Shown: positions 39,496-52,631, counted from the stretch's first letter. The stretch is DNA of 64,000 nt from Scyliorhinus canicula (GCF_902713615.1 NC_052151.1:17285238-17349237); one strand, 5' to 3'. Numbers and translations: made by a program. Notes: a model not told the origin generated them from the sequence alone.

Positions 39496-40225
39496 ATCTG
39501 ACTTGATGAAAGCGATTGAGTGGTGAATGTTTTCTCTAAAAACCACACTGTTGATTGAGGGAGACACAAAGTAAAAATGCAGAAACAAACATGCAGAATT
39601 GTAGAAAGATAAAATGCTGAATCACTTCGGATATTATAATAATCAGAGCTTGGGGAGGGTGTGGGTAGGTAAAGAGGAGATTGATGGACATTAACTGAAA
39701 TGTCACCATGTCACATGCTCATTAAACAATTCAAAGGAAACAGAGTGTCAACCCTCTTCTCCTCAATTGCTTAATCATATTATTGGTTTGCCAATGACTC
39801 AAGTCATCAGGAAATAAAAGCAAAAAGCACCACAAGGATTAGTTTACACCCATGCAATATAAATACAAATGTAGATACTACTTTATGCAATGGATGGTTA
39901 AGATTTGGAATGCTCTGCTTGAAAAGACGGTGGAAGCAGATTCAATAGTCGCTTTCAAAAGGGAATTATATATTTGAAGGATTAAAAAAACTCCAGGGTT
40001 TTGGGGTACTGCACTGCTCATGAAAAGATTTGGTACAGGTTCGATGGGACATAGTACGATCCCATGATTCTATATAAACTTTTTGGCCACCAGCCAATAG
40101 ATAAACTTATCTGTTCACCAGGGTTTTAATGAATCTCATATAATGGATTGTTCGATCAGGATGATGAGCATTTGACAGGATCAAAGTTATCACTGATAAA
40201 GTAGTCTATAACTTGTAGCCTAAAA

Positions 40226-42452
40226 TGCGGAGAAGGCCTTCGATAGGGTTGAGTGGGAGTATTTGTGGGAGGTGTTGGAGAGGTTTGGGTTTGGGGAGGG
40301 GTTTATCCGGTGTGTGAGGCTGCTCTACGAGGCCCCGATGGCGAGTGTAGCCACAAATAGGAGGAGGTCGGAGTACTTTCTGCTGTGCCGGGGGACGAGA
40401 CAGGGGTGCCCCCTGTCCCCCTTGCTCTTTGCGTTGGCGATTGAGCCCCTGGCCATGGCATTGAGGGAGTCAGGGAACTGGAGGGGCCTGGTGCGGGGTG
40501 GGGAGGAGCATCGAGTGTCACTGTATGCGGACGACCTGTTGCTGTATGTGGCGGACCCGGTGGGGGGATGCCAGAGGTGATGAGGATTCTTAGTGAATTT
40601 GGGGGTTTCTCGGGGTATAAGTTGAACCTGGGCACGGGTGAGGTGTTTGTGGTGCATCCGGGGGATCAAGGGGAGGGGATTGGTAGGTTCCCACTGAAGC
40701 AGGCAGGGAAGAGCTTCAGGTACCTAGGGGTCCAGGTGGCGGGGAGCTGGGGGCCCTGCACAAGCTCAACCTCACAAGGTTGGTGGAGCAGATGGAGGAG
40801 GAGTTTAAGAGGTGGGATATGTTACCGCTGTCACTGGCGGGGGAGGGTGCAGTCCGTTAAGATGACGGTGCTCCCGAGGTTTTTGTTCCTGTCCCAGTGC
40901 CTCCCATCCTTATCCCGAAGGCCTTTTTTAGGAGGGTCAACAGGAGTATCACGGGATTTGTGTGGGCGCATGGGACTCCGAGGGTGAGAAGTGTGTTCCT
41001 GGAACGAGGCAGGGGCAGGGATAGGGGGGGCTGGCATTGCCCAACCTCTGTGGGTACTATTGGGCTGCCAACGCAGCGATGGTGCATAAGTGGGTAATGG
41101 ACGAGGAAGGGGCAGCATGGAAGAGGATGGAGGTGGCGTCCTGTGTGGGCACGAGCCTGGAGGCGCTGGTAACGGCGCCGTTGCCGCTCCCTCCAACGAG
41201 GTATACCACGAGCCCGGTGGTGGTGGCTACCCTCAAAATTTGGGGGCAATGGAGACGGCATAGGGGAGAAGTGGGGGGCTCGATGGAGGCCCCGATACGG
41301 GGGAACCATTGGTTTGTCCCAGGGAGCATTGATGGCGGATTTCTGGGCTGGCACAGGGCAGGGGCTAGGAGGTTGAGGGACCTGTTTGTGGAGGGGAGGT
41401 TCGCGAGCTTGGGGGAGTTAGAGGGGAAGTTTGGGCTCCCCCCGGGGAACATGTTTAGGTACATGCAGGTGAGGGCACTTGCCAGGCAGCAGGTGGAGGG
41501 GTTCCCCTTGCTGCCCCCACGAGTGGTGCGGGATCGGTTGCTCTCGGGGGTGTGGGTTGGAGGGGGAGGATTTCGGACATATACCGGGTAATGCAGGAGG
41601 TAGACGAGGCCTCGGTGGAGGAACTGAAGGGTAAATGGGAAGAGGAGCTGGGTGAGGAGATTGAGGGGGGGGACATGGGCGGATGCCCTGGAGAGAGTGA
41701 ATTCCTCCTCTTCCTGTGCGAGGCTTAGCCTCATACAGTTCAAGGTGCTGCACAGGGCCCACATGACTGGGACGAGAATGAGTAGGTTTTTCGGGGGCGA
41801 GGACAGGTGTGCTGGGTGCTCGGGGAGCCCAGCGAACCACGCCCATATGTTTTGGGCGTGCCCAGCGCTGGGGGAGTTTTTAAAGGGGGTAGCAAGGGCG
41901 GTGTCGAGGGTGGTGGGATCCAGGGTCAAGCCAGACTGGGGACTCGCAATTTTTGGGGTTGCAGTGGAGCCAGGAGTGCAGGAGGCAAAAGAGGCCGGTG
42001 TTCTGGCCTTTGCGTCCCTAGTAGCCCGGCGGAGGATCTTGCTCTAATGGAAGGATGCGAGGCCCCCAAGCGTGGAGGCCTGGATCAATGATATGGTGGG
42101 GTTCATTAAATTGGAGAAGGTGAAATTTGCCCTGAGGGGATCAGTACAAGGGTTCTTTAGGCAGTGGCAGCCTTTCCTGGACTTCCTGGCAGAACGGTAG
42201 GGAAATAGGCCGGCAGCAGCAGCAACCCGGGGGGGGGGGGGGGGGGCTGTGTACATGGGTTTGTGGGATGTGGCGGGTGTTATCTCTTTCCCTTTTGTTG
42301 TTTGGGTGCTCTTTTGTTTTTTTCCCTCTTGTTTGTAGTTGTTTTTGAAGTTGGGTGGGTATTGTTCTTGGGGTGTTACCGCGGTTGTTTTTTTAATAGA
42401 GTTAAGATGTTTATATTTTGTAAAAATTTCAATAAAAATTATTTTTTAAAAA
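40226..42452 (+). mobile_element. 5'-truncated L1-clade LINE (RT plus C-terminal zinc knuckle, 3' UTR, A tail)
   Basis: AEKAFDRVEW, RGTRQGCPLSPLLF, SLYADDLL, C..C...PANHAHMFWAC; AATAAA at 42431; 16-bp TSD AACTTGT(A/C)GCCTAAAA at 40210-40225 / 42453-42468. Confidence 0.95.
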
Positions 42453-43229
42453 AACTTGTCGCCTAAAAGCAAATTAAAAATATTAACTTTATTTCAAATT
42501 GCAATCTAGCTTGTAATTAGGATGCCCAATTCCACTCCAGTGCTGAATGGGATAACAGAACACTTATGCTTCTAACACTGGGTCTCATCAGGTAAACACA
42601 TCATAATTACAGTTCCAGTGGTTAAACCAACCAAAGCTACTTCAGTTAATTGATTTTAGTCAGAATGGCAGGAGGAGTGCTGCAGTCAGGATTGCATTCC
42701 AGGCACAAGTTGGGGTGGGTGGCAAGATGGGCAGGAGAAACCACTAGAGTTCTTTATCCTGTTCTCTATCTAGTGACCAACGCTGCAACAACAGCTTGCC
42801 CTAACATGAGGTTAACAGGATTGGGCTGCGCATGTTGCCACCCCATTTCTTGCAATTCAGTCTTGGTTCTCACACTATAGTGGAAAGTTGAGAGGTACAC
42901 AGGAGCTATAACGAGTCATCATGAGTCATTACATTAATATACAAGACAATTAATCAGGACAGCTACCAATGAACACAGGGCTGTAGAACAGTGTTAAATG
43001 TTTCACAGAAGTTAGGCTCATTTAATTCTGCTTACTTATGAGCATCAGTATAGAAAACCAAGCATCAGTCTCGTTATTGCTCGGTGTATTTGGCATACCA
43101 TTATGAATATTTGACCTGATATACTTGCGTTATATGGCATTCCACATTCATTACCTATATTTTCACCACAACCACCTTCACCTTTGAAGAAAATAATTAT
43201 TTTTACAGGGCCTTTCTCCAGCCATCGGC

Positions 43230-43616
43230 ATCTCAAAGCATTTTACAGTCTGAAGACTGTTTATAATGTCGGAAATAAGGCAACCAATATGACAAAACGT
43301 TAACAAACTTCATAATGACCAGATAATTTATGAGATGACAATTCAGGGATAAATATTGGCCAGAATATGACGGATAACAACACCCTTCCTGTTTCTTTGA
43401 AATAGAGCCTTGGGATCTTTTATGCACGTCTGAGAGCATGGGACTTTGTTTTAATCTCTCACCCATAAAGGTAGTGTCTGGCAGGGTAGCAGTCACTTAC
43501 TATTGCACTGGATGGAGTTTCAGCTTTGATTTTGGTGCTGAAGTCCTAGAGTGGGACTTGAACCATGAATCTCTGACTTTGGCAAGAGTGCTACCAACTG
43601 AGCCACAGCTGACACT
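43230..43616 (-). mobile_element. DeuSINE / SacSINE1-like ancient SINE
   Basis: tRNA head GTGTCAGCTGTGGCTCAGTTGGTAGCAC...GGTTCAAGTCCCAC; Deu-like AAAAGATCCCAAGGC...CTGGCCAATATTTATCCC. Confidence 0.7.
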
Positions 43617-44281
43617 GTACCAATGACAGGTATTCAACTACCAATACCCAAGTATAGTGCTGAACAGCTAAACGTGCTCTTTCAGATGCAAACGTGCTTA
43701 TGACCACATCTGTAACGATACTGCTATATATTTTCAAAATTAAAAATGGATGAAAGCTGCTCTCTTTACTATTTAAAACCTGTGCTAGAACCTCCCAGGA
43801 TTTAACCATCAGATGGTAGCTCTATGAAACTATTACACACTACTGAAACTTTAGTGGAAACATTGCATATGCACCCGGTGTCTATATGTGCCTCATGCTG
43901 CACAGACCTACGTGGGCAAGAGCCATTGGAGATATTAATCTTCGTGACACTGCATTATACCTTTCTATATACATTTCTCTTCTATAATGCCCTAACCAAA
44001 GTTTCAGAACAAACAGTTCTACCAAAGTACAGCATTTTCTTCAATTTGACGATCTAGACTCAAATTATTGTTACAGGCATAAACCAGTGTGACATTTTCC
44101 ATTTCTCACAATAACTGTGGATAATTTCTGAAATGAAGATCCTAATGCCAAAATAAGATCACAGTATGCTTTCTGCCCAGGTAGAAAAGTGGCCAAACTG
44201 CTCGTGCCAAGCATTTGCAATGAGGTATAGGAGACATTAAGCGACCAATCAAGATGGTTTTACAGAACATTGCATTGATCC

Positions 44282-44365
44282 CAAAGAGAAAATGCTGGAA
44301 AATCTCAGCAGGTCTGGCAGCATCTGTAGGGAGAGAAAAGAGCTAACGTTTCGAGTCCAGATGAC
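44282..44365 (-). mobile_element. Penelope pseudo-LTR fragment truncated within a hammerhead motif
   Basis: GTCATCTGGACTC-GAAA-CGT-T-AGCTC...CAGATGCTGCCAGACCTGCTGAG; 11-bp TSD TGCATTGATCC (44271-44281 / 44366-44376). Confidence 0.75.
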
Positions 44366-44424
44366 TGCATTGATCCAATGTAACTGCCTCTTCCCCTTAC
44401 CAATAGCATAATTATTGAAGTAGT

Positions 44425-44660
44425 AAAGGGCACTGATTAGTTGGCAAGTCGAATCAGACTGGTTAAAGTGTTGCCATGGAGATTGCAACAGGGGTCTATT
44501 GTCCATTCTGTGTGACAATGCTTCGACTAGAGTCAACTTGCCAACCAATCAGCAGGCCTTCTCTCACGCGGCACAAATCACTGCTCCCTTTGAAATTTGG
44601 CATTCTTGTGTCCGTCCAGATAAGTGCAAGATGAAAAGCTTTGACAGCATTACTCAGGTT
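44425..44660 (+). mobile_element. Decayed Penelope-like terminal repeat with partial inversion
   Basis: CTGATTAGTTGGCAAGT / ACTTGCCAACCAATCAG inverted pair; related to 14945-15090; degenerate hammerhead-like CAGATAAGTGCAAGATGAAAAGCTT. Confidence 0.45.
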
Positions 44661-47600
44661 CTCTCCTACCAAGTAACTAATAGCATAATTATTCAATATC
44701 TAGCTGAAGAAACAGTTTAAATGAGGTGGGGGCGGGGGTAAACCAGTCCAACTCTTGTTTGAAAAAAGCAAAAAGCCATGCTGTGTAAACACATCAATCA
44801 TTACACCTTGCAATGCAAACCTTTGCAGCACTTTCACAATCTGTTGACTGGAAAACTGGCTTGCTCCCAATGAACACTGTAGTATTTGATAATACTCACA
44901 CAAGAAACATTTTCATTAATCACATTGCTGCCTCCTCATCAGGCAGTATCCAGATCAGGTTCTGCAACTTGCAACCCGAGAAAAATGATGCAGACAGTAC
45001 ATAACACAGCAATATACACTTGGATGATTTTTTAGGGAAAATATATTAGAAAATTAGAGTAATGACACCACCTTTTTGCTAACATATTAAATTTCTGCAC
45101 CATCAGGCATTTAGTTTAATTCTCTTCATCTAATCGAGGAAAGGTGTTGTCTTTACATGAGCTGGGTTATCGAAATACAGTTCAGGTACTGAATTTACTT
45201 CACCCATATGATGATATATCTTTTTGGAGGGGCTGCATTTACAACTGAACTCAATTGTCTGGTAACTCTTGTGCCAATTAGATGCAGATTGTACCAGGAG
45301 AAAAATGGCACATTCAACCATGTCAGAAAACTAAATCCCCAAAGATAAAAGGTTTTATTTTAAAATCTAAGCATACAAAGTATAAATAAATACTAAGTAT
45401 TGAGTACTCGAACACATGCTTGAAGCATTTCCTTTGCCTTTAATTTCCCAATTATGGGAAAATTGGATGCAGCTTGTTCTCTTTGTAACAGTAAGTGGTT
45501 GAAAAACAATTTAGTATTTCAGCGAAAATGACTTTGGTCACTTTGCTCCTCATCTTTCTATTGCCATGGGTTAGAGAGCTGTCAAATGAAAGATAAGATG
45601 ATAATACATTAATATAGGGTTGGGGGGGGGGGGGGGGGGGGGGGGGGGATGTAGCCCTCACATCCCATGCCGCTAAAATTCACGGAGGAAGCTATTGGCA
45701 CTTAGTCGGTTTGCCTTCATACTACCCAACTACTCCCTTGGCAGCAGAGAATTACAGAAGATCAGGCAATCACAGCAAATCACTTGGAGCAATTAAAAAG
45801 GAATCAGAACTAAACAAATTTTAAGAACTTGTCATTATGAAAAACCTTGAGGGTTTAAAAAATGATCAGCAATAAAATAGATTTTTAAATAATTAAATTA
45901 TATGCTGAACGTGCACAGTGAGAAAAATCATAAGGTCTTTTTAAGTTTCGCACAAAGATGGGAAAGCACTGGTTTAATAACTGAACCATTTTCAATATGA
46001 CAGACTCACAAACTTTATGCTTTTTTGCCATGTCTCAAAAATAAAGTTCCCATCTTAGTGGCGTAAGCTCCATGTGACATCTTTATATATTAGGTGGCAT
46101 ATGGACCATTTCAAAGCTCGATCGTGCATTACATTACTTTAGGCAACAGGCAGGTCTATGGGTCTGATGTTGGCATTCCAAGGTTGGTTGAGTCATTTGC
46201 AACATGGCATGCATCTACATATGAACAAATGAATTAGGAGCAGGCCATTCAGCCCCTGAAGTCCTCGGTCATTAAATAAAATGACTGATCTTATTGTGGC
46301 CTCAACATCTTTCCGTCCTACACCCATGCCTTTTGATTTATTTGTCTATTTCAGCCTTAAAGATATTGGAGTCTGATGGTTAAAAATATGTATCAACATA
46401 AGAATTATGGGAGCAATAAACTTGTGAGATCTGTAGCAAGGAACAGAATGTCCAGCTATGAAGTGAGCACAGGAGCGGTCATCTCATGCAAGACATGAAT
46501 GCTGCTATGGCTTGGGTGGCCAGTGATTGAACGCAGACCCCTGTATTGTGCCCCTGAGAAAAATACAACTCCCTGAAAGGGACACGACTCCCTGAGCATT
46601 TGTGACTAAAAGAAAGACAGTGATTGATTAGCGCTTGCCCTGTGAGTATGTGACTGGAAACATGATCAGTGCCAGCAAGATCTGTCTATAAGGAGAGACA
46701 AAGGAACTTCTGGAGCAACAATCTGCAGGAATAACCATCAAGAAGCAGCACCCTAGGTTTGGACCTGGATGACACGGAATCCACCAAGAAGGAGACAGAT
46801 CATCTCATTTATTAACAGGTGGTATTTAGGTCCAAGCCATGAGCTTTGATACCTTAAGTAGAACAGTGTTTGATACCTTGTGTAATAGAACTTTTGATAT
46901 GGGTTTTTGCTACTTTGTGGTAACATGGTGAGGTATAATAAGGGAGATTACTGAACAATAATTTGAGAGCTCGTCTTACTTTCCATAGCACAGGAGTAGG
47001 GAAAGACTATTTAAACCACCTTGTGGAAGTTGGCCAGCGACAGAAGCTCCTGGGAGGATTCCTTGTGTTGGGGATGGGGGAAAAAAAAGAGAGGGGTAAA
47101 AAACGAGTGAGATTGTTGAAACCGAGCAAGTAATAACAGGATAGTCAGAGATTATCCGCAGGAAAAAGAAATGGAAGTCTTGATACATGCGTAATGAATT
47201 TTACAAAACGTCACTGTGGGAATTGGTGCTCCGAAGTACCGTAATGAACAGAAGGAAGAGTCAGAGGGAAATAGACAAGTCAAAGTCTCTACTCACAGCC
47301 CAAAAATGGTATGTGAGCCGAGAGACGGATAAAGACGACAGTGGGGTCAGAGCTATAGACGGAGGAGGCATGGCGGATGAGTTTAGAAAAGCTAATTAAC
47401 GATTTGGAAAAAGTGTTTGAATCAATGTATTCTGAACACACATTTGAAACAAAATGTCATTCAGGATAATTATTGGTTTTATTGAATGCGAGATTAAATG
47501 ATATTTCACAGACTTTAATCAAATTGAAAAGGAAAACTTTGCTATCTTTGTGTTAGCAGCTGTGATTTTCCTCGTCTGTGAGTCGGAATCTAGTGCCTGC

Positions 47601-48231
47601 GTCAATGAATTGTATTAGTTTACCCTCAGTGGTCAGGGTCTGGTTCTGTTAGTCGTCTAAAAGTTGCTTGTTGAACGCATGTATGTAGTTGTGTTTCGAA
47701 TTAGGTTGAGTGAGAATGGTAAAATGAAAGAGAAGTTGTTAAAACAATTGCTGGAGAGTGGTGATTCTGGGGCAATGAAATATGGTGCTTTACACTTTGG
47801 TTTAACTTCAAAAATCGTCTCCCCCCCCCCCCCCCGGTGGCTGCGAAAGTGCCAAACCTATTTTTTGATATTAATTCTTGGGAATTTACTTTATTGTTTG
47901 AATTTTAATTATAGTTTTTGAAGATAGAAAAATGCTGGCCGTCTTCATTCATTTCCTTCGCTTTCTTTGCACGTTGTTTTAATTTCATTTAATTTCATGG
48001 AATGAAAAGAAAATAATTAATGGTGTGGAGATGGTGTGCAAATATGGAAGCTTCAAGTGATTGAGCTTGTGTCACGAAAAGAATTGTGTGGATTTCTCTT
48101 TGTTTCTTTTTAATTTTAAAGTTTTAACATTTTTGCTCCTAAATTTTGATTTTGCAATAGTAGTTTCAATAGAGTTTAAAATCAAATTGGACCTGTGAGC
48201 TGGATTAAAAGTAATTTGTTGTCTTGCCGAT

Positions 48232-48925
48232 TTATGGGAGGATTTGTTAGGTGGATAAGGTGCCCGTGAGGGGATTAAGGCTAAATTGAGGGATTGTGGC
48301 GAGAGGTGCTGTGGAAGGGTGAATGCCTTAACCTCGTGTGAAAAGCTGGGGCTGATACAGCTGAAGGTTGTGTACAGGGCGGACCTGACAAAGTCGAGGA
48401 TGAGCCAGGGGTTTAAGAGGGTAGAGGATATATGTGAGCAGTGTGGGAGGGGTCCTGCTAATCAAGTGCATATGTTCTGGTCCTGCCGGGTTGGAAACGT
48501 TCTGGGGGCCAGTTTTCAACATCACCTCAGTGGTTTTACACATAGATATGGAGCCCGGTCCCAGAGGCCATATTCAGGGTGTCAGACCAGCCAGAGTTGC
48601 AGACAAGTGCAGGGACAGATACTTTGGCCTTCGTCTCGCTGATTGCTCGCAGGCAGGTCCTGTTGGGGTGGAGGTCAGTTTCACCACCCAGTGCCTCGGC
48701 ATGGCGGGGGGACCTATTAGAGTTCTTAGCCTTGGAGAAGGTGAAATTTGCCTCCCCCCCCCCCCCCCCCCCCACCCCAAGGGCAGAGAGTGATGGGTCC
48801 CACAAGAGTTGAGGTTTCTTCATTTTGGCGAGTTGGTTACCGTCAACTGTTAAGGGGTGAGTTTAATTTGTTGGGTGCGTTTTTTTGTAAAATATAAAAT
48901 TTTGACAAATGGAATAAAAATACCT
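48232..48925 (+). mobile_element. L1-clade 3' fragment
   Basis: KLGLIQLKVVYRA..CEQCGRGPANQVHMFWSC; LEFLALEKVKF; AATAAA. Confidence 0.85.
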
Positions 48926-49399
48926 TTAAAATCAAACAAAAAAATGTAACAAGGCAAATGACAATATTTTGGAAACTACTTTGAATACAATTCTCAGAAA
49001 GTAAATGGAATATTTGTAAAAATCAAGTACATAAATTGGAATTTGGAAATAGCCAGTTTGAGCGTGAAAGCTTCCTGGGCACTCAGTTCAATATTGTGGG
49101 GGAAGAAGGATCTATAGCTTGGAATTCTAATCCAGTGCTCTTTGTTTAAGGAGACCATGCACGCTTTTGTTCTTTTAGTTTTTCAAGGGGCAGTGATGAT
49201 ATCATTGCATTTCAAAACACTTGTTCTGTTTTCCCCAACGGGCGAAGATTTTACTGTTTTCTGTTTAATTAATTATACATCTAATTTGCTGATTGAGAAA
49301 CTGGCAAGATACATCTAGACCAAATTAAATAATTTGGCTGCAAGCCAAATATATCTTTTGTTTTTTTCAAATTGATGAATCATGAAGTCACACAGGATC

Positions 49400-49940
49400 A
49401 GAGGTGAGGTGGTAAGATGGATACAGAGCTGACTCGGTCACAGAAGGCAAAGGGTAGCAGGAGAAGGGTGTTTTTCTGAATGGAAGGTTGTGACCAGTGG
49501 TGTTCCAAAGGGATTAGTTCTGGGGTGTCTGTTTTTGTGGAATACATAAGCGAGCTGGAGGAAAATGTAGCCGGTCTGATTAGCAAGTTTGCAGATGACA
49601 TCGAGGTTGGTGGAGTGACAGATAGTGTTGAGGATTGTCAAGAGGATACAGTAGGACATAGATAGGTTGGAGACTTGGGCAGAGAAATGGCAAATGGAGT
49701 TTAATCTAGACGAATGTGAGGTAATGCCTTTTGGTAGGTCTAACATAGAGGGGAAATATACAGGAAATGGCAAACCTTTTAGGAATATAGAAAGTCAGAG
49801 AGTTCAGGGCATTACGGTCCACAGATCTTTGAAAATGGCAACACAAGTGGACAAGGTAGGCCAAGAAAGCATACAGAATGCTTGCCTTCATTAGACGGGG
49901 CATCCAGTATAAAAACTGCCAAGTCATGCTACAGTTGGAC
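49400..49940 (+). mobile_element. CR1/HER1 RT fragment
   Basis: ISKFADDIEVGGVTDSVEDC; WAEKWQMEFNLDECEV. Confidence 0.85.
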
Positions 49941-49944
49941 ATGG

Positions 49945-51000
49945 ACTGCTTCATTATCTGAGGAGTTGCGAATGGTGAACATTGTTTGCAGGTGACTGCA
50001 CATCCCCACTTCTGACAGAAGGGAGATCATTGATGAAGCAGCTGAAGATGGTTGGGCCTAGGACACTACCCCGAGGAACTCCTGCAGTGATGTCCTGGAG
50101 CTGAGATGATTGACCTCCAAACACCCTAGCCATCTTCCTTTGTGCCTGGTATGACTCCAACCAATGGAGAATCCCCCCCCCCCCCCCTGATTCCCATTAA
50201 CTCCAATTTAGCTAGGGCTCCTTGATGCCATACTCGGTCAATCGCTGCCTTGATGTCAAGGGCAGTCACTCTCACCTCATCTCAGGCATTGAGCTCTTTT
50301 GTCCATGTTTGAACCAAGGCTGTAATGAGAGGTGACCCTGACGGAACCCAAACTGAGCTTCTGTGAGCAGGTTAGTGGTGAGCAAGTGTCACTTTATAGC
50401 ACTGCTAATGACTCCTTCCATCACTTTTCCGATGATGGAGAGTAGACTGATAGGGCGGTAATTGGCTGGGTTGTATTTGTCCCGTTTGTGTACAGGACAC
50501 ACCTGGGAAATGTTCCACATTGCCGGGTAGATGCCAATGTTGTAGCTGTACTGGGAGAGCTTGGCCAGGGGTTCAGCCAGTTCTGGAGCACAAGTCTTCA
50601 TGTCTATTGCTGCGATATTGTCAGGGCCCATAGCCTTTGCAGCATCCAGTGCCTTCAGCTGTTTCTTGATATTAGATGGAGTGATTCAAATTGGCTGAAG
50701 ACTGACATTTGTGATGCTGGGGACGTCCGAAGGAGAACGAGATGTATCATGCACTCAGCACTTCTGACTGAAGATCGTTGTGAATGCTTCAGCCGTGACT
50801 TTTGCACATATGTTGTGGGCTCCTCCATCATTGAGGATGGGGGTATTTGTGGAGGTTCCTCATCCAGTGAGTTGTCTAAATATCCACCACCATTCACGGC
50901 TGGATGTGGCAGGACTACAGAGTTTGGATCTGATGCGTTTGTTGTGCAATCACTTAGCGCTGTCTATTACTTGCTGCTTGTACTGTTTGGCATACAAGTA
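49945..51000 (-). mobile_element. LINE-B RT fragment
   Basis: GPDNI...CAPELAEPLAKL..NYRPISLLS; AGVPRGSVLGPTIFSCFINDL. Confidence 0.85.
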
Positions 51001-51252
51001 TAATAATCTTTATAATCTTTATTATTGTCACAAGTAGCCTTACATTAACACTACAATGAAATTACTGTCAATGTCCAATTCACCTAACAGTGCGTCCTTC
51101 AGGACTTGTGGGACGAAACCGAGCGCCCGGAGGAAATCCATGCAGACATGGGGAGAACATGCAGACTCCGCACAGACAGTCACCCATGTGGGAATATACC
51201 CAGGCCCTTGGCACTATGAAGCAACAGTGCTAACCACTGTGCTACCGTGCCG
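51001..51252 (-). mobile_element. SINE family B
   Basis: Tail and V-core as at 3268. Confidence 0.8.
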
Positions 51253-51315
51253 CTCTATGATGACATAATGGAAGGGTTTCCTCTACAATTTGTTCATGGT
51301 ATAAAAATCATTTGA

Positions 51316-51520
51316 GCTGGGCAGCACGGTGGTTAGTCCTGCTGCCTCACGATGCCAAGGACCCCGGTTCACTGCCCATGTTGAGTTTGCACATTCTCTC
51401 CAAGTCTGCGTGGGTCTCATCCCGACAACCAAAAAAGATGTGCAGGCTGGGTGAATTTGCCACGCTAAATTTCCCCAGAATTGGGAAAAAAAATAATAAT
51501 CCAGTACTCTAAATTTTTTT
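51316..51520 (+). mobile_element. HE1-like SINE, short form
   Basis: GGGCAGCACGGTGG head; V-core. Confidence 0.75.
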
Positions 51521-52084
51521 TTATAAATCGGTTGAACTACTTTTTGCCTGTACTCAGTTATTTAAACCTTAAGGGGACATAGTTTCTGTATGGTAATAGG
51601 AGACAAAACAAATTTGAGCAATGACTATTGAGAATTTAGATTTATAATGATAGCCGTGAAAGAGATTAAACAGACAAAGCATGTGAACGCCTAGAATGAT
51701 ATGGAATGTTTGATTGTTGAAAGGAAAAACATATGGTATTGGACAGTATTGTTTTTACAAGGGTAGGTATAAAAAAGGATGATAGTTAATATGAAGTAAT
51801 GGTATATCGTGTATGCATGTATGTAACCGAGCAGGTAATAGCAGTTGGATTAAGTTCCGAATACAGAAGCGAGGCAGGCTATGAGAGGACTCCTATTTCG
51901 GGTAGCAATCGGGCAAGCGTAGAAAGCCCCCATCAATATTTCCACCTTCTGCCCAAAGCCTCAAATTCCAGCCAGGATAGGTACCAATATCAGATTTCTC
52001 CCCGAAACCTGCTATGGATTAAACAGTAACCAGAACCCATCAGAATGTTTATAGAGCAAATTACTGTGAATGCAGGAATTTGAA

Positions 52085-52183
52085 GCAAAAACAGAAAACA
52101 TTGGACAATCTCAGCAGGTCTGACAGCATCTGTGGAGAGACGGGAGCTAACGTTTCAAGTCTCGACGACACTTTGTCAAAGCG
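52085..52183 (-). mobile_element. Penelope pseudo-LTR fragment with hammerhead variant
   Basis: GCT-TTGACAA-A-GTGTCGTCGAGACTT-GAAA-CGT-T-AGC; same family as 44282. Confidence 0.7.
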
Positions 52184-52631
52184 GACACATGTAGATGTTG
52201 CCCAGCAAGCTAGGCACAGCGAAAAAGAAATTGGGACCATAAAAGACATTAGTTGGTGGGAAGATACTAGGAATTGGGGCACAAACCTACAAATACACCT
52301 GTGGATAAGAAATGAATTGCTTTGCATATTCTCATTATGATAATATTGATATGTGTTAGTGAGAAAGAGAGAATGAATGTTGAAATGAGACTGCAAAGTT
52401 GTGACATGGCTCAGAGTTGAATGTGGACTCGGAAAGTAGGTGGGTATAGTTATGATCCAATTCGCTAATACTCAACAGATCTGAATGGGGGAGGGCTGTA
52501 GCCTGATGGGTATATGTGAATACACCGGCAAAGCCTGATGGTTAAAAAGGCCAACTCTGTATCAGAATAAGAATTGTGGGAGCAGCATAAACTACTGTGA
52601 TTTGCCACAAAGAACATAATGTCCAACTATG

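Noticed and set aside
41057-41929. Longest ORF (290 aa, minus strand) as a novel gene
   Set aside because: It is the antisense shadow frame of the GC-rich L1 ORF2.
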